Made by a program: the position numbers and the translations under genes. The notes under the pieces were generated by a model. It ran no database searches and was not told the DNA's origin. It saw only the letters and a list, made by a program, of their open reading frames with translations. Below are positions 9,408 through 17,731 of a DNA stretch of 34,635 bases, piece by piece. Every line of letters begins with the position of its first letter. The first letter of the stretch is position 1. Location of the stretch: the IMG/VR virus record IMGVR_UViG_3300027754_000043. One strand, given 5' to 3'. The stretch comes from a virus. Lineage: Duplodnaviria; Heunggongvirae; Uroviricota; Caudoviricetes.

Positions 9408-10103
9408 TTAATTATTTCTATCTTTAAAAGATTGTAATGGTTTAGATAATCCTTTTGCATATGGAGTTTCATTTGCCGCATCATAATCTAATTCAGAATA
9501 ATCAGATGTACCTAATTTAGTACGATGTACTACTTGCCATGCATCAAAGTGTACTAGGTTACCATGTCGATTCCAACCCATATTACCACCATGTGCTTCT
9601 TCCCATATAATTCGTAATTCAGAAAAATCTCTAAGTAATCCAGTTCGTTGTTGTGTTATTTTTTCAATAAATTTTGAATCGATGGTGTAATATTTTGATT
9701 GTTTTGGTAGTGTTGCTATAAATTCTGTGAAATCTTTATCTGAATTCTTTCGATTTAGATACTGTTTACGTATATTATACCATTGTTGTTCTTCACCGAT
9801 AATGAACGGTGTAATTCGATCCATTAATATTATATAATTCTCATTTAAATTTTCTATAGGTCGTACTTCATATACATTAATAATGTGTTTGTATAATCGT
9901 TTTGTACGCAATCTCGTAGCTAATGCAACCTCTGCCGGATCGCCTGTTAATTTAACAACTTTACCTGATGCGGTCGCGTACGCTACACCATTTTGGCCGC
10001 CGCTAATTACATCTGTTACGGTTTCACCCATTTCCAATGCTAATTTCTTTACCATATCAATTGGTAATAATGCTTCCTGCAATAAATTAACTAGCTTGAT
10101 CAT
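9408..10103 (-). CDS. atypical protein-kinase-like protein, paralog 1
   Basis: Gly loop GGQNGVAY, VVKLT Lys, helix C Glu, HIINVYEV, catalytic-loop-like EAHGGN, HFD. Confidence 0.8.
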   Translation of the reverse strand: MIKLVNLLQEALLPIDMVKKLALEMGETVTDVISGGQNGVAYATASGKVVKLTGDPAEVALATRLRTKRLYKHIINVYEVRPIENLNENYIILMDRITPFIIGEEQQWYNIRKQYLNRKNSDKDFTEFIATLPKQSKYYTIDSKFIEKITQQRTGLLRDFSELRIIWEEAHGGNMGWNRHGNLVHFDAWQVVHRTKLGTSDYSELDYDAANETPYAKGLSKPLQSFKDRNN

Positions 10104-10105
10104 AA

Positions 10106-11080
10106 TTACTTTCTTACAGCGCCGCCAATAAAATTCTTTTTCAAACGGCCGACAAATGATTCATTTATATTTTCGTTTTTATCTTTAAAAGCATCTTTCA
10201 TAGATTCATCCTCATTCCCATCATTATCAGCATCAATATAATCTGGCTTCTCATTAGCATTAGCTGGCTCATCTTTATCAGTTAAACCAAATGTTTTAAA
10301 TTTTGATAATTGATCTTGTGATGTTATTTTAACTTTTTTACCAGCATCATTAATACCATATATAGTAGAAGTATATGCACCCATACCGTCACTACGTTTA
10401 CCTTTAATATATTGCTTTAATTCAGCAGCTGCTCTTTTTGCACTAATAGTTTCCGTACGACCATCTTCGCCTCTAGCTTCTTGAGCTTCTTCGATAGATT
10501 CATTCGTACCCATTTTTTGCATGATAGCATTAATTTGATCATCTACACTCTGTAATGCTTCTCCATAATATTCAGCAATTGGCCCACCTTCTGGTTCAGC
10601 TTCTTGTTCCATATCAAATTCAATTTGTTTACGTTGTGCTTTTAATGCTGTTAATTTTTCACGATAAAAATTGCTAGGAGCTTTTGTAGAGTTCGATGTT
10701 GCAGGTTTAGATATATTACGCATTCCCATTTGAATAGGATCATTCCATCTCTTATCAGCTTCTTCTTGGCTAACTGCTTCATTGATATCAATATCTAACA
10801 TATCAGCAATCATGCTTAATGATTCTGTGCGTGTATAACTATCGCTCATATATATTTTTTCAATAATATCTAACTCAGCCTTCGAAGAATTTAAAGCATT
10901 ATCAAAAGCATCAGCTGAAATCCCTAACTCATCAGCGATCTCATCAAATATATCTCCTGAATATTCTTTTAATTGTTTAGCATTATATTCTGCTTGAACT
11001 TCAGCCATCGTAGGTAACCCCTTACCTTCTTTACGTTCCCAAGCAAAACCTTCACTTAGGATATTTTTAAGTTTAATCAT
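10106..11080 (-). CDS. acidic putative internal head/scaffold protein
   Basis: MIKLKNILSE leader; repeated I/L-x-E sites (LKE, INE, IEE); DADNDG Ca-binding-like loop. Confidence 0.6.
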   Translation of the reverse strand: MIKLKNILSEGFAWERKEGKGLPTMAEVQAEYNAKQLKEYSGDIFDEIADELGISADAFDNALNSSKAELDIIEKIYMSDSYTRTESLSMIADMLDIDINEAVSQEEADKRWNDPIQMGMRNISKPATSNSTKAPSNFYREKLTALKAQRKQIEFDMEQEAEPEGGPIAEYYGEALQSVDDQINAIMQKMGTNESIEEAQEARGEDGRTETISAKRAAAELKQYIKGKRSDGMGAYTSTIYGINDAGKKVKITSQDQLSKFKTFGLTDKDEPANANEKPDYIDADNDGNEDESMKDAFKDKNENINESFVGRLKKNFIGGAVRK

Positions 11081-11111
11081 CGTATTCTGTTCCTTTTATA
11101 TAAATATCAAA

Positions 11112-11139
11112 CAGTAAAAAAAGCCCTTGTGGGGCTTTT
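11112..11139 (-). terminator. intrinsic terminator (possibly bidirectional)
   Basis: AAAAGCCC-ttgtg-GGGCTTTT hairpin; minus strand ends TTTTTTTACTG. Confidence 0.85.
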
Positions 11140-11158
11140 ATAATGTGATTAAATCTAA

Positions 11159-11389
11159 TTAATCAAATGCATTCTGCATCTTTTTTGTAATCGGATTTAA
11201 CTCTTGCTGTACATACTTAATAACATTCTCAGATTCTGTTACTAATGTACCATGCTCACCGTGAGTAACGATACCTCCTTGTTTAGAAGTTTTCACTTTT
11301 AGGATACCATGTCCTAAGTCTGTTACCTCAACAGATTCTGATTCTAAACGGTGTGTGTTTGTGCTTGGTTCTAAAACAACTACTTGCAT
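11159..11389 (-). CDS. small His-motif protein (STNTH...THGEH)
   Basis: 76-aa ORF with its own upstream promoter motif. Confidence 0.7.
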   Translation of the reverse strand: MQVVVLEPSTNTHRLESESVEVTDLGHGILKVKTSKQGGIVTHGEHGTLVTESENVIKYVQQELNPITKKMQNAFD

Positions 11390-11453
11390 ATGATTTGGAT
11401 TTTAAATTACTTAATAAATATAATAAAACTTTTTCAATTAACCAACCTAATTA

Positions 11454-12227
11454 TTAACTTTGTGCCGTTAATAATTCAAAGTATTGATCTTTATTTAAAG
11501 ACACCATGTTACCACGTGGTTCCACCTCTGAAGTTAATTCTACTAATAAAACATCGCCTTGACGTTTTAATTCTTTAATATGTGGAATTAAATTTTCATG
11601 TATAAAAAATGTATGAGCAATTGCCTCCAATGGATCTGACTTGTATTGTTCGTCTATCCACAACCAATGTTCATTATTAGTAGTAGTACACCAACACTTA
11701 ACTGCATACACAGATTCACGCAATCCTAATTTGGATCCATCAACACGGTGCGTTTCAAAAATAACATCATATTCTTTGTATCCTAGAAACTCTCCGGATT
11801 TAGAATATTGTTTGTGTTTCACAGGACGTCCTGCTGTGGCAATTCTTGTATGACCTAATTCTGCAATCATTTCAGGAACACGGATACTGCCGAATACCAT
11901 AGATTTAAAATCTAAACTTCCAATCTGGAATGCTTCTGCATATGACCATGGCTTAACCGAATCATACTGCGTAGCAAACATATTCAGTGTATTTACTAAT
12001 TTAACTAAACGATCTGGAGCAGCACATTCATTAACTAAGTTTAATATTGGATTTACAAATCCAGCAATAAAACGCTCTTTGTTTGTATATCTATTTTTTA
12101 AGTAACGAATAACATAATCATTTGGAATACCGGTTGGTGTATTGCCCCATGCACTTTGTGATACGAATCCTTCGCTAATAGTGTCATATACGAATAACGG
12201 CATATCTTTGAACAAACGAACTAACAT
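11454..12227 (-). CDS. hypothetical protein with CxCTTT and RQGDV motifs
   Basis: 257-aa ORF; AVKCWCTTTNNEHWLWI and KRQGDVLL. Confidence 0.75.
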   Translation of the reverse strand: MLVRLFKDMPLFVYDTISEGFVSQSAWGNTPTGIPNDYVIRYLKNRYTNKERFIAGFVNPILNLVNECAAPDRLVKLVNTLNMFATQYDSVKPWSYAEAFQIGSLDFKSMVFGSIRVPEMIAELGHTRIATAGRPVKHKQYSKSGEFLGYKEYDVIFETHRVDGSKLGLRESVYAVKCWCTTTNNEHWLWIDEQYKSDPLEAIAHTFFIHENLIPHIKELKRQGDVLLVELTSEVEPRGNMVSLNKDQYFELLTAQS

Positions 12228-12237
12228 AATTTAAAAT

Positions 12238-12495
12238 TTAAAGATTACAATAAAACTCATTAATAATTTCTGGTTCCGAATTTCTTATTGGATATACATA
12301 ATATTCCCATAAACCAACTTGTATTCCTACATCAAACCTACCACGCCAAGCAAGATGGCCATCTCTAAAATATCCTGAGAATGTACCTGTTTTTGCATTT
12401 CTAGGATCACCTGTGGTCGAACCACCGGGCCAACCATATAACAAAGCAAGTTGCCTCGCGGTTGATAATTGTGCTGCGTTACTACCTTTACTCAT
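12238..12495 (-). CDS. MORN-variant (YwqK-like) repeat protein
   Basis: YFRDGHLAWRGRFDVGIQVGLWEYY. Confidence 0.65.
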   Translation of the reverse strand: MSKGSNAAQLSTARQLALLYGWPGGSTTGDPRNAKTGTFSGYFRDGHLAWRGRFDVGIQVGLWEYYVYPIRNSEPEIINEFYCNL

Positions 12496-12649
12496 ATCCT
12501 TATCATTTATCTATACTTAAATATAAGAATAATATTCCAATATACCAAATGATTTCCGCGGAAAGTTTATAAAAAATTAAATTAATTTTAAAATAAAGAA
12601 CGCTAGTACGCCCTTTCTGCGCAGGGCCGTACTTACAGCAACCTATGTC

Positions 12650-12676
12650 CAGTAAAAAAGGGCTAATAAGCCCTTT
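12650..12676 (-). terminator. intrinsic terminator
   Basis: AAAGGGCT-aata-AGCCCTTT; minus strand ends TTTTTTACTG. Confidence 0.85.
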
Positions 12677-12688
12677 ACACAGTGTCGG

Positions 12689-13462
12689 TTACATGGTCGG
12701 ATCATTAGGCGTGTCGATACCCGATGCATCATATTGAATCGGCTTATTTAAACGACGAGGTTTATCTTGGAAACGGGTCCATTGGTCCGACGTTTGAGTT
12801 TGATCAACCATCCACCAATCAAAATGTACCAATTTCCCATGGCGACTCCAACCCATATTTTCTCCATGTGCTTCTTGTGTGAATACTTGGTTTCGTCGAA
12901 ACGCTGCTAATACGGATTGTCGTTGTGTGATCATGGTATCAATCCATCTTTCTGGTAATGTTAGATTTTGGTGTTCATCAATGAAGCTTTCTAATTCTTC
13001 ACGCGTGATTTCATCACTGAAACGCGGACTTAAATAATCGTCACTAATTTCTCGCCATACTTGTTGTTCGTGATTATCAAATGGAGTTACATAGTCCATT
13101 ATAATAACATAAAATTGTCGACTACGATCCCAACTAGTTTTAAATGTTGCATAGTCAGGTGAGGTTGGATCAACAATGTCTCCTTCTAATTTGCGCACAT
13201 CATATACGGATACGAGATGCGGAACATTAAGTTTAGTACGATATCTAGATGCAGCTGCGACTTCTTGTTTGTCGCCAGTAATCTTTAATACCTTACCACT
13301 CTTAAGAAGAAAAGCAACGCCGTTCATTCCGCCACCTAATTTCTTATCAATCTGTTCACCTAGTTTCGCTGCTATAGCAGGTACATGTTTCATGATCCAA
13401 TACTTTACGTGGGCCGGGTCGGTATCGTGCCACTCCATTAACAGGGTCTTTAATTTAATCAT
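12689..13462 (-). CDS. atypical protein-kinase-like protein, paralog 2
   Basis: LGGGMNGVAF, VLKIT, HLVSVYDV, EAHGENMGW, LVHFD; co-linear with 9408..10103. Confidence 0.8.
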   Translation of the reverse strand: MIKLKTLLMEWHDTDPAHVKYWIMKHVPAIAAKLGEQIDKKLGGGMNGVAFLLKSGKVLKITGDKQEVAAASRYRTKLNVPHLVSVYDVRKLEGDIVDPTSPDYATFKTSWDRSRQFYVIIMDYVTPFDNHEQQVWREISDDYLSPRFSDEITREELESFIDEHQNLTLPERWIDTMITQRQSVLAAFRRNQVFTQEAHGENMGWSRHGKLVHFDWWMVDQTQTSDQWTRFQDKPRRLNKPIQYDASGIDTPNDPTM

Positions 13463-13476
13463 GTTGTGTTCTCGTG

Positions 13477-13776
13477 TTAATAATTAACATCTTGTTTGAT
13501 TCGTGCAATCATGTTAACAATCTCAGTTCCCCATGGAAGATCCATTAATGGTTCGGTAGACGTTTTCATATGCGATTGCATGTTGCCACAATACGCAATG
13601 TATGCAGCTGCTACCGCATTATCAACAGATGAAACCGTTTCATCTACATCAAAATCACGCATTGGTTCTAAGGCAGTTAATTTGGCTAACGCATCTTGCA
13701 TTATAGCTTGGCGTTGCAACATGAGTTGCGTTGGTGTTTCCTGTTGTTCCGTTAACATGGATTTTAATCGTATCAT
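13477..13776 (-). CDS. hypothetical protein with MIRLKSMLTE leader
   Basis: Start reassigned to ATG 13776 because it gives the shared leader motif. Confidence 0.7.
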   Translation of the reverse strand: MIRLKSMLTEQQETPTQLMLQRQAIMQDALAKLTALEPMRDFDVDETVSSVDNAVAAAYIAYCGNMQSHMKTSTEPLMDLPWGTEIVNMIARIKQDVNY

Positions 13777-13839
13777 GGGGTTCCTCGTTGTTGTTATTTT
13801 CGTTTCCGCTGAAGCTGGAAACAATTCACAGCCTTAACT

Positions 13840-13989
13840 TTATATATCATTATCATTATTAATTGAAGACACTACATCTTGTTGCGCCTCAGTTTGATTT
13901 AGTCCGTAAGCATCACAATGTCCACTAGGTTGCGAAGCACATGCAGACACTAGTGCTGCGACGCCGATTATGTATACGATTCGTTTCAT
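13840..13989 (-). CDS. small lipoprotein (49 aa, not in ORF track)
   Basis: MKRIVYIIGVAALVSA-CASQPSGHCDAYG...: basic N-region, hydrophobic core, lipobox VSAC; ATATTTATA motif at 14009. Confidence 0.75.
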   Translation of the reverse strand: MKRIVYIIGVAALVSACASQPSGHCDAYGLNQTEAQQDVVSSINNDNDI

Positions 13990-14225
13990 GCTATATACTC
14001 ATTTTTATTATAAATATTATCCAGTAATAAAGACAATACCTTTATACCGATATAAACGATGTGAATAAAAATATAGGGTATATCGTGTGATATTGTATAT
14101 AAAGCAGGATATAAAGGCATATAAGGGGAGGAATGTTTTATATGGGTACCATATCCTAATAAAGAGCACCTATATAGCAAAAAAATTACCCGTGCGGTGA
14201 AAATCTATATAACCTTCATCAGCCA

Positions 14226-14352
14226 GGGGTGGGTAAACGGGGTGTTAATGAAACCCTCCCCACCCCCCCTATATGACCCCTATATGACCCCTAAATACAC
14301 CCCCACCCTACCCCAGTACAATAGGGGGGTCTATCCCCACCCCTATATACCC
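14226..14352. other. G/C-run-rich non-coding tract (G-quadruplex potential on minus strand)
   Basis: About ten C3-C7 runs on plus, tandem CCCCTATATGA x2, and interspersed G-runs; sharply unlike the AT-rich surroundings. Confidence 0.75.
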
Positions 14353-14365
14353 TATATACGTTATG

Positions 14366-14614
14366 CTACCCTATTACCGGACGAGGTATGTCTATCATGT
14401 TGCGACGCTTCACTCCCTGGTATTCTGATACACCTATATTGTGTAAGGTTATCGATAACACGCTCCATGCATTGCGAGATCCATATGCCTCTCTGCTGTC
14501 ATCTCCATAGTACCATATGTCGAACATTAAGCTGTTCCATGCATTAAGCTCTTCTGTGATGATCAATTGGATCATTGCTTGTTTTGTCACTCGGGTTTTC
14601 ATTGCTACTCTCAT
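14366..14614 (-). CDS. hypothetical protein
   Basis: 82-aa ORF behind a class I promoter repeat. Confidence 0.7.
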   Translation of the reverse strand: MRVAMKTRVTKQAMIQLIITEELNAWNSLMFDIWYYGDDSREAYGSRNAWSVLSITLHNIGVSEYQGVKRRNMIDIPRPVIG

Positions 14615-14797
14615 CTCTCTTGTTATTAAATTAATATATCTCTTACTTCCTATATATAAAGATAAGGTTTATTTGGTTCGGATCCTAGTCTTTTGTTAAC
14701 TTTGTTTAATCTTTTTTTACAATGCAAAGCCGGGACCTTTTGGATCCCGTGGGCTTATTAAGCGTCTTGCTGCTTTGCTATTAGGTGGTGGTAATGT

Positions 14798-15736
14798 CTA
14801 TGATGCTGAGATGATTTGCTCTGCTACTAACATTGTCGGATCATCAAAGCCCATTGCACATATTCTTGCTGCTTTAATAAATGATCTCAAGTTAATGTCT
14901 ACTCCGCCATATTTAGCATCTAACTCTTTCATTATCTCTAATGCTTGTTTCTTAGCCGCTAACGGTATGCGAGGCTCCATTGTCTCTAATAGCTGAGTCA
15001 TTCTTTGAAACATTTGCTGAGTATTCATTGTGATATCAGCTACAAAAGATCTACTGCGAATTGCACTATCTAATTTGCTTTGGTGAATATTAGAGATAAA
15101 GATGATTTTACCTGTGAACTCAAAGTGTGCTGGTATCGGTTCGCCAAATTCATCTTTAAGAGGCTTAGTAGAGATATAAGAGATCTTTCTAGTGTCATAG
15201 CTGTCTAATGCTGCTTTCAATATATTCACAGCATCATCGTCTTTGAATACAGAGTCACAATCATCTAACACAATAATCTTGTCAGAGTTTTGATAAAGTG
15301 TAATAAACAATCCGGCAGCGGTAGCTTTGCCTTTGAAGTGCTCAAAGTCATATGACTCTCTTAAACCTAAACCTTTAAGAGTTTCTTTTACTAGGTGAGT
15401 CTTACCTACTCCTGCCATGCCCGTTAACACTAATGATGGTTGGATCCCTTTACCTACCATTTTAGTTAAGCGCTCTAAATTAGAGAACATTACCTGTGGA
15501 TCTCTCGATTCAACTATTGATAAGAATGACATCTTAGCCGGACCGGAATGAGTAGGTGCATTAGTGTTAGCAACTCTTTGAACTCTGCCAGTACCGGTAA
15601 CGATCAATTTCTCGTTATTCGATTCTGCACTTCTCAATTGAACATCGCGGATCAAACCTGCTTGAGCAATTTCACCTGTGCTGATGTTTTTTGCTACTAA
15701 TTTCCCATTTACTCTTACTGCTTCGAATACATTCAT
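14798..15736 (-). CDS. AAA+ family ATPase
   Basis: Walker A GMAGVGKT, Walker B IIVLDDCD, sensor-1 FISN, Arg finger AIRSR. Confidence 0.9.
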   Translation of the reverse strand: MNVFEAVRVNGKLVAKNISTGEIAQAGLIRDVQLRSAESNNEKLIVTGTGRVQRVANTNAPTHSGPAKMSFLSIVESRDPQVMFSNLERLTKMVGKGIQPSLVLTGMAGVGKTHLVKETLKGLGLRESYDFEHFKGKATAAGLFITLYQNSDKIIVLDDCDSVFKDDDAVNILKAALDSYDTRKISYISTKPLKDEFGEPIPAHFEFTGKIIFISNIHQSKLDSAIRSRSFVADITMNTQQMFQRMTQLLETMEPRIPLAAKKQALEIMKELDAKYGGVDINLRSFIKAARICAMGFDDPTMLVAEQIISAS

Positions 15737-15846
15737 AATCTCTCTTTTTTAAATTAAACTATATCTCTTACTTCCTATATATAAAGATAAGCATTTTTAA
15801 TATAGGATCCTAATCTTTTTGCTACTTTGTTTAAAAAAAGTTTAAC

Positions 15847-16167
15847 TTATTTTTCTGATTTAAGTTGATCGAATACTCGGCCGATGCTGTGCATTATTTC
15901 ATTTACATCCAAATCAACTGTGCTTAACTCGATAGTTTTGCCGTCATAGCCCAATTCGAATTCCGCTGACTGTAAGTCGATAAACTCACTACCGCAACGA
16001 TCGAAGCAGTTTTCAATGGATCCCATGAGTGTATCACATAGTTCCCCAGTTAACACATTTGTTTCCGGCTCCGGATCGATCCCTTCGATAATTGCAATTA
16101 CTTGCTGTAATGAATAGAATGAATCTAATTGATTCTTCAATGCTGCTAATGTTTGTGCCTTTGTCAT
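15847..16167 (-). CDS. hypothetical acidic protein
   Basis: 106-aa ORF behind a class I promoter. Confidence 0.75.
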   Translation of the reverse strand: MTKAQTLAALKNQLDSFYSLQQVIAIIEGIDPEPETNVLTGELCDTLMGSIENCFDRCGSEFIDLQSAEFELGYDGKTIELSTVDLDVNEIMHSIGRVFDQLKSEK

Positions 16168-16255
16168 AATCTCTCTTTTTAAATTATTAATTAAATTTCC
16201 TATACTTAAAGATAAGCATTTTTAGGTTAGGATCCTACCTTTTTGTTAACTTTTT

Positions 16256-16369
16256 TTAATTAAAGATTATTGAGTAAACGAATGCCTCTCCGGCTAATGT
16301 TTGCTGTAAACGGATCATTTCTAATTGAGCTTGGCTCTTTGCTGGCGTAATTCTTTTAAAAGGTTTCAT
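16256..16369 (-). CDS. small hypothetical protein (37 aa, not in ORF track)
   Basis: MKPFKRITPAKSQAQLEMIRLQQTLAGEAFVYSIIFN with AAGAGATATG start context. Confidence 0.55.
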   Translation of the reverse strand: MKPFKRITPAKSQAQLEMIRLQQTLAGEAFVYSIIFN

Positions 16370-16374
16370 ATCTC

Positions 16375-16587
16375 TTATTTAGTTTGATTAATAAAACTTA
16401 ACTCTAATTCAATAATGCTTTCTAACAACGTCGGCAATAAAAACAAATCCATAACCGACTCAGCTGGTAGTGCTTTCATGCCATCTAGAATAATAGTGGT
16501 AGCAGCATCCTCAGACATATTACCTTTAACTTTTAAAGTCACAACCGCGCGACCGATAATCTGAAACATTTTCTCTCTTTTTGTCAT
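16375..16587 (-). CDS. hypothetical protein
   Basis: 70-aa ORF behind a class I promoter. Confidence 0.7.
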   Translation of the reverse strand: MTKREKMFQIIGRAVVTLKVKGNMSEDAATTIILDGMKALPAESVMDLFLLPTLLESIIELELSFINQTK

Positions 16588-16673
16588 AACCTTTAATTAT
16601 TAATTAAACTTCCTATACTTAAAGATAAGCATTTTTCACTTCGGATCCTAATCTTTTCCGAGAAAAGTTTCAA

Positions 16674-17414
16674 TTATTTATACTGCTCTAACAATTTAAT
16701 TCCTGGCAATGCTTTCAATGCATTCTCTGCTTGGCGAACCAATTGTCTAGCTCTCTCGCCAGTAACATTCAATTCCTCAGCAATTTGATCCATACACATT
16801 TCATATTCAAAGCCAATACCATAAAAGCGAGTGATAGCCTCTCTTTGTTTAGGTTTCAATTGTGATAATGCTCTTTGAACATCATATTTCAAATCAGCCG
16901 TGTCGCGAGCGGATTTACCAGATTCAGATGCTAAGTAGCGATCCGCATAGGTTTCTGTATTGTCGCCATCCCCAACCGGAGTAGAGATCGATTTAGTTGA
17001 ATATTCGGCTGTCTTAGTTAAATGAGATGGTACTCTCACTGTGCGTGACATATCATTCAAAGCTTTTTGGATTTCTGCGCGGATATACCATACAGCAAAG
17101 GTAATGAACTTGAACCCTCTGCTAGTGTCGAACTTCTCAGCTGCTTCAAACAATCCAATATTACCAAATCCAATCAAGTCCTCCAATCCGATACCCATTC
17201 CCTGATATTGTTTAGCTACTTGCAACACAAAGCGTAAATTGCTTTGAACCAATTGGTTTACTGCATCTCGGTTACCAGACTGTCCTGCTAATGCTAATTC
17301 AACCTCTTGAGCTTTAGACAACAACGGCGCCTTTTTTACTTCCTGGATATATCTCAATGTGCTTGCTACATCCGTTACAATTGCTCCTGTGGTTACATGA
17401 ATTTTCTTTGCCAT
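16674..17414 (-). CDS. RNA polymerase sigma70-family factor (RpoD/RpoS-like)
   Basis: Region 1.2 YIQEVKKAPLLSKAQEVEL, region 2 SNLRFVLQVAKQY...EDLI...GNIGL..AAEKFD..RGFKF, region 4 HTH DQIAEELNVTGERARQ. Confidence 0.95.
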   Translation of the reverse strand: MAKKIHVTTGAIVTDVASTLRYIQEVKKAPLLSKAQEVELALAGQSGNRDAVNQLVQSNLRFVLQVAKQYQGMGIGLEDLIGFGNIGLFEAAEKFDTSRGFKFITFAVWYIRAEIQKALNDMSRTVRVPSHLTKTAEYSTKSISTPVGDGDNTETYADRYLASESGKSARDTADLKYDVQRALSQLKPKQREAITRFYGIGFEYEMCMDQIAEELNVTGERARQLVRQAENALKALPGIKLLEQYK

Positions 17415-17484
17415 CTTTATAACTTTTTAATTTATTAAATATAAGGTTTATTTGAATAGGATCCTAATCTTTTAGGATCTTTTT

Positions 17485-17640
17485 TTAACACCATTTGATT
17501 TTTAACTTTTGGCGAACTTGATCCACATCAGCACCTGTAATCTCATTTTCACATTGACCTACTAGGTTTTCTAACTCATCAATTGTCGTAACTCTCTCCG
17601 CTTTAGCTAATGCTAATAACTCTTTAAAACCTTTTGTCAT
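17485..17640 (-). CDS. small hypothetical protein (51 aa, not in ORF track)
   Basis: MTKGFKELLALAKAERVTTIDELENLVGQCENEITGADVDQVRQKLKIKWC behind the class I promoter at 17666. Confidence 0.7.
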   Translation of the reverse strand: MTKGFKELLALAKAERVTTIDELENLVGQCENEITGADVDQVRQKLKIKWC

Positions 17641-17731
17641 AATCTCTATCATTTAAATTAATACTTAAATATAAGCATTTTTCACTTCGGATCCTAGTCT
17701 TTTAGGAACTTTTTTTAAACTTTGTTTTGGG

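Larger units (their letters stand above)
3416..14017 (-). promoter_or_regulatory. putative late promoter motif ATATTTATA (dispersed, 6 copies)
   Basis: Plus-strand tataaatat at 3416, 6146, 8409, 9297, 11099 and 14009, each 15-40 nt upstream of a minus-strand start codon. Confidence 0.6.

Noticed and set aside
14197-14547. Pro/Tyr-rich 116-aa plus-strand ORF and 13986..14180
   Set aside because: Artefacts of the C-run tract; non-ATG or context-free starts; 14197..14547 overlaps a better minus-strand gene.
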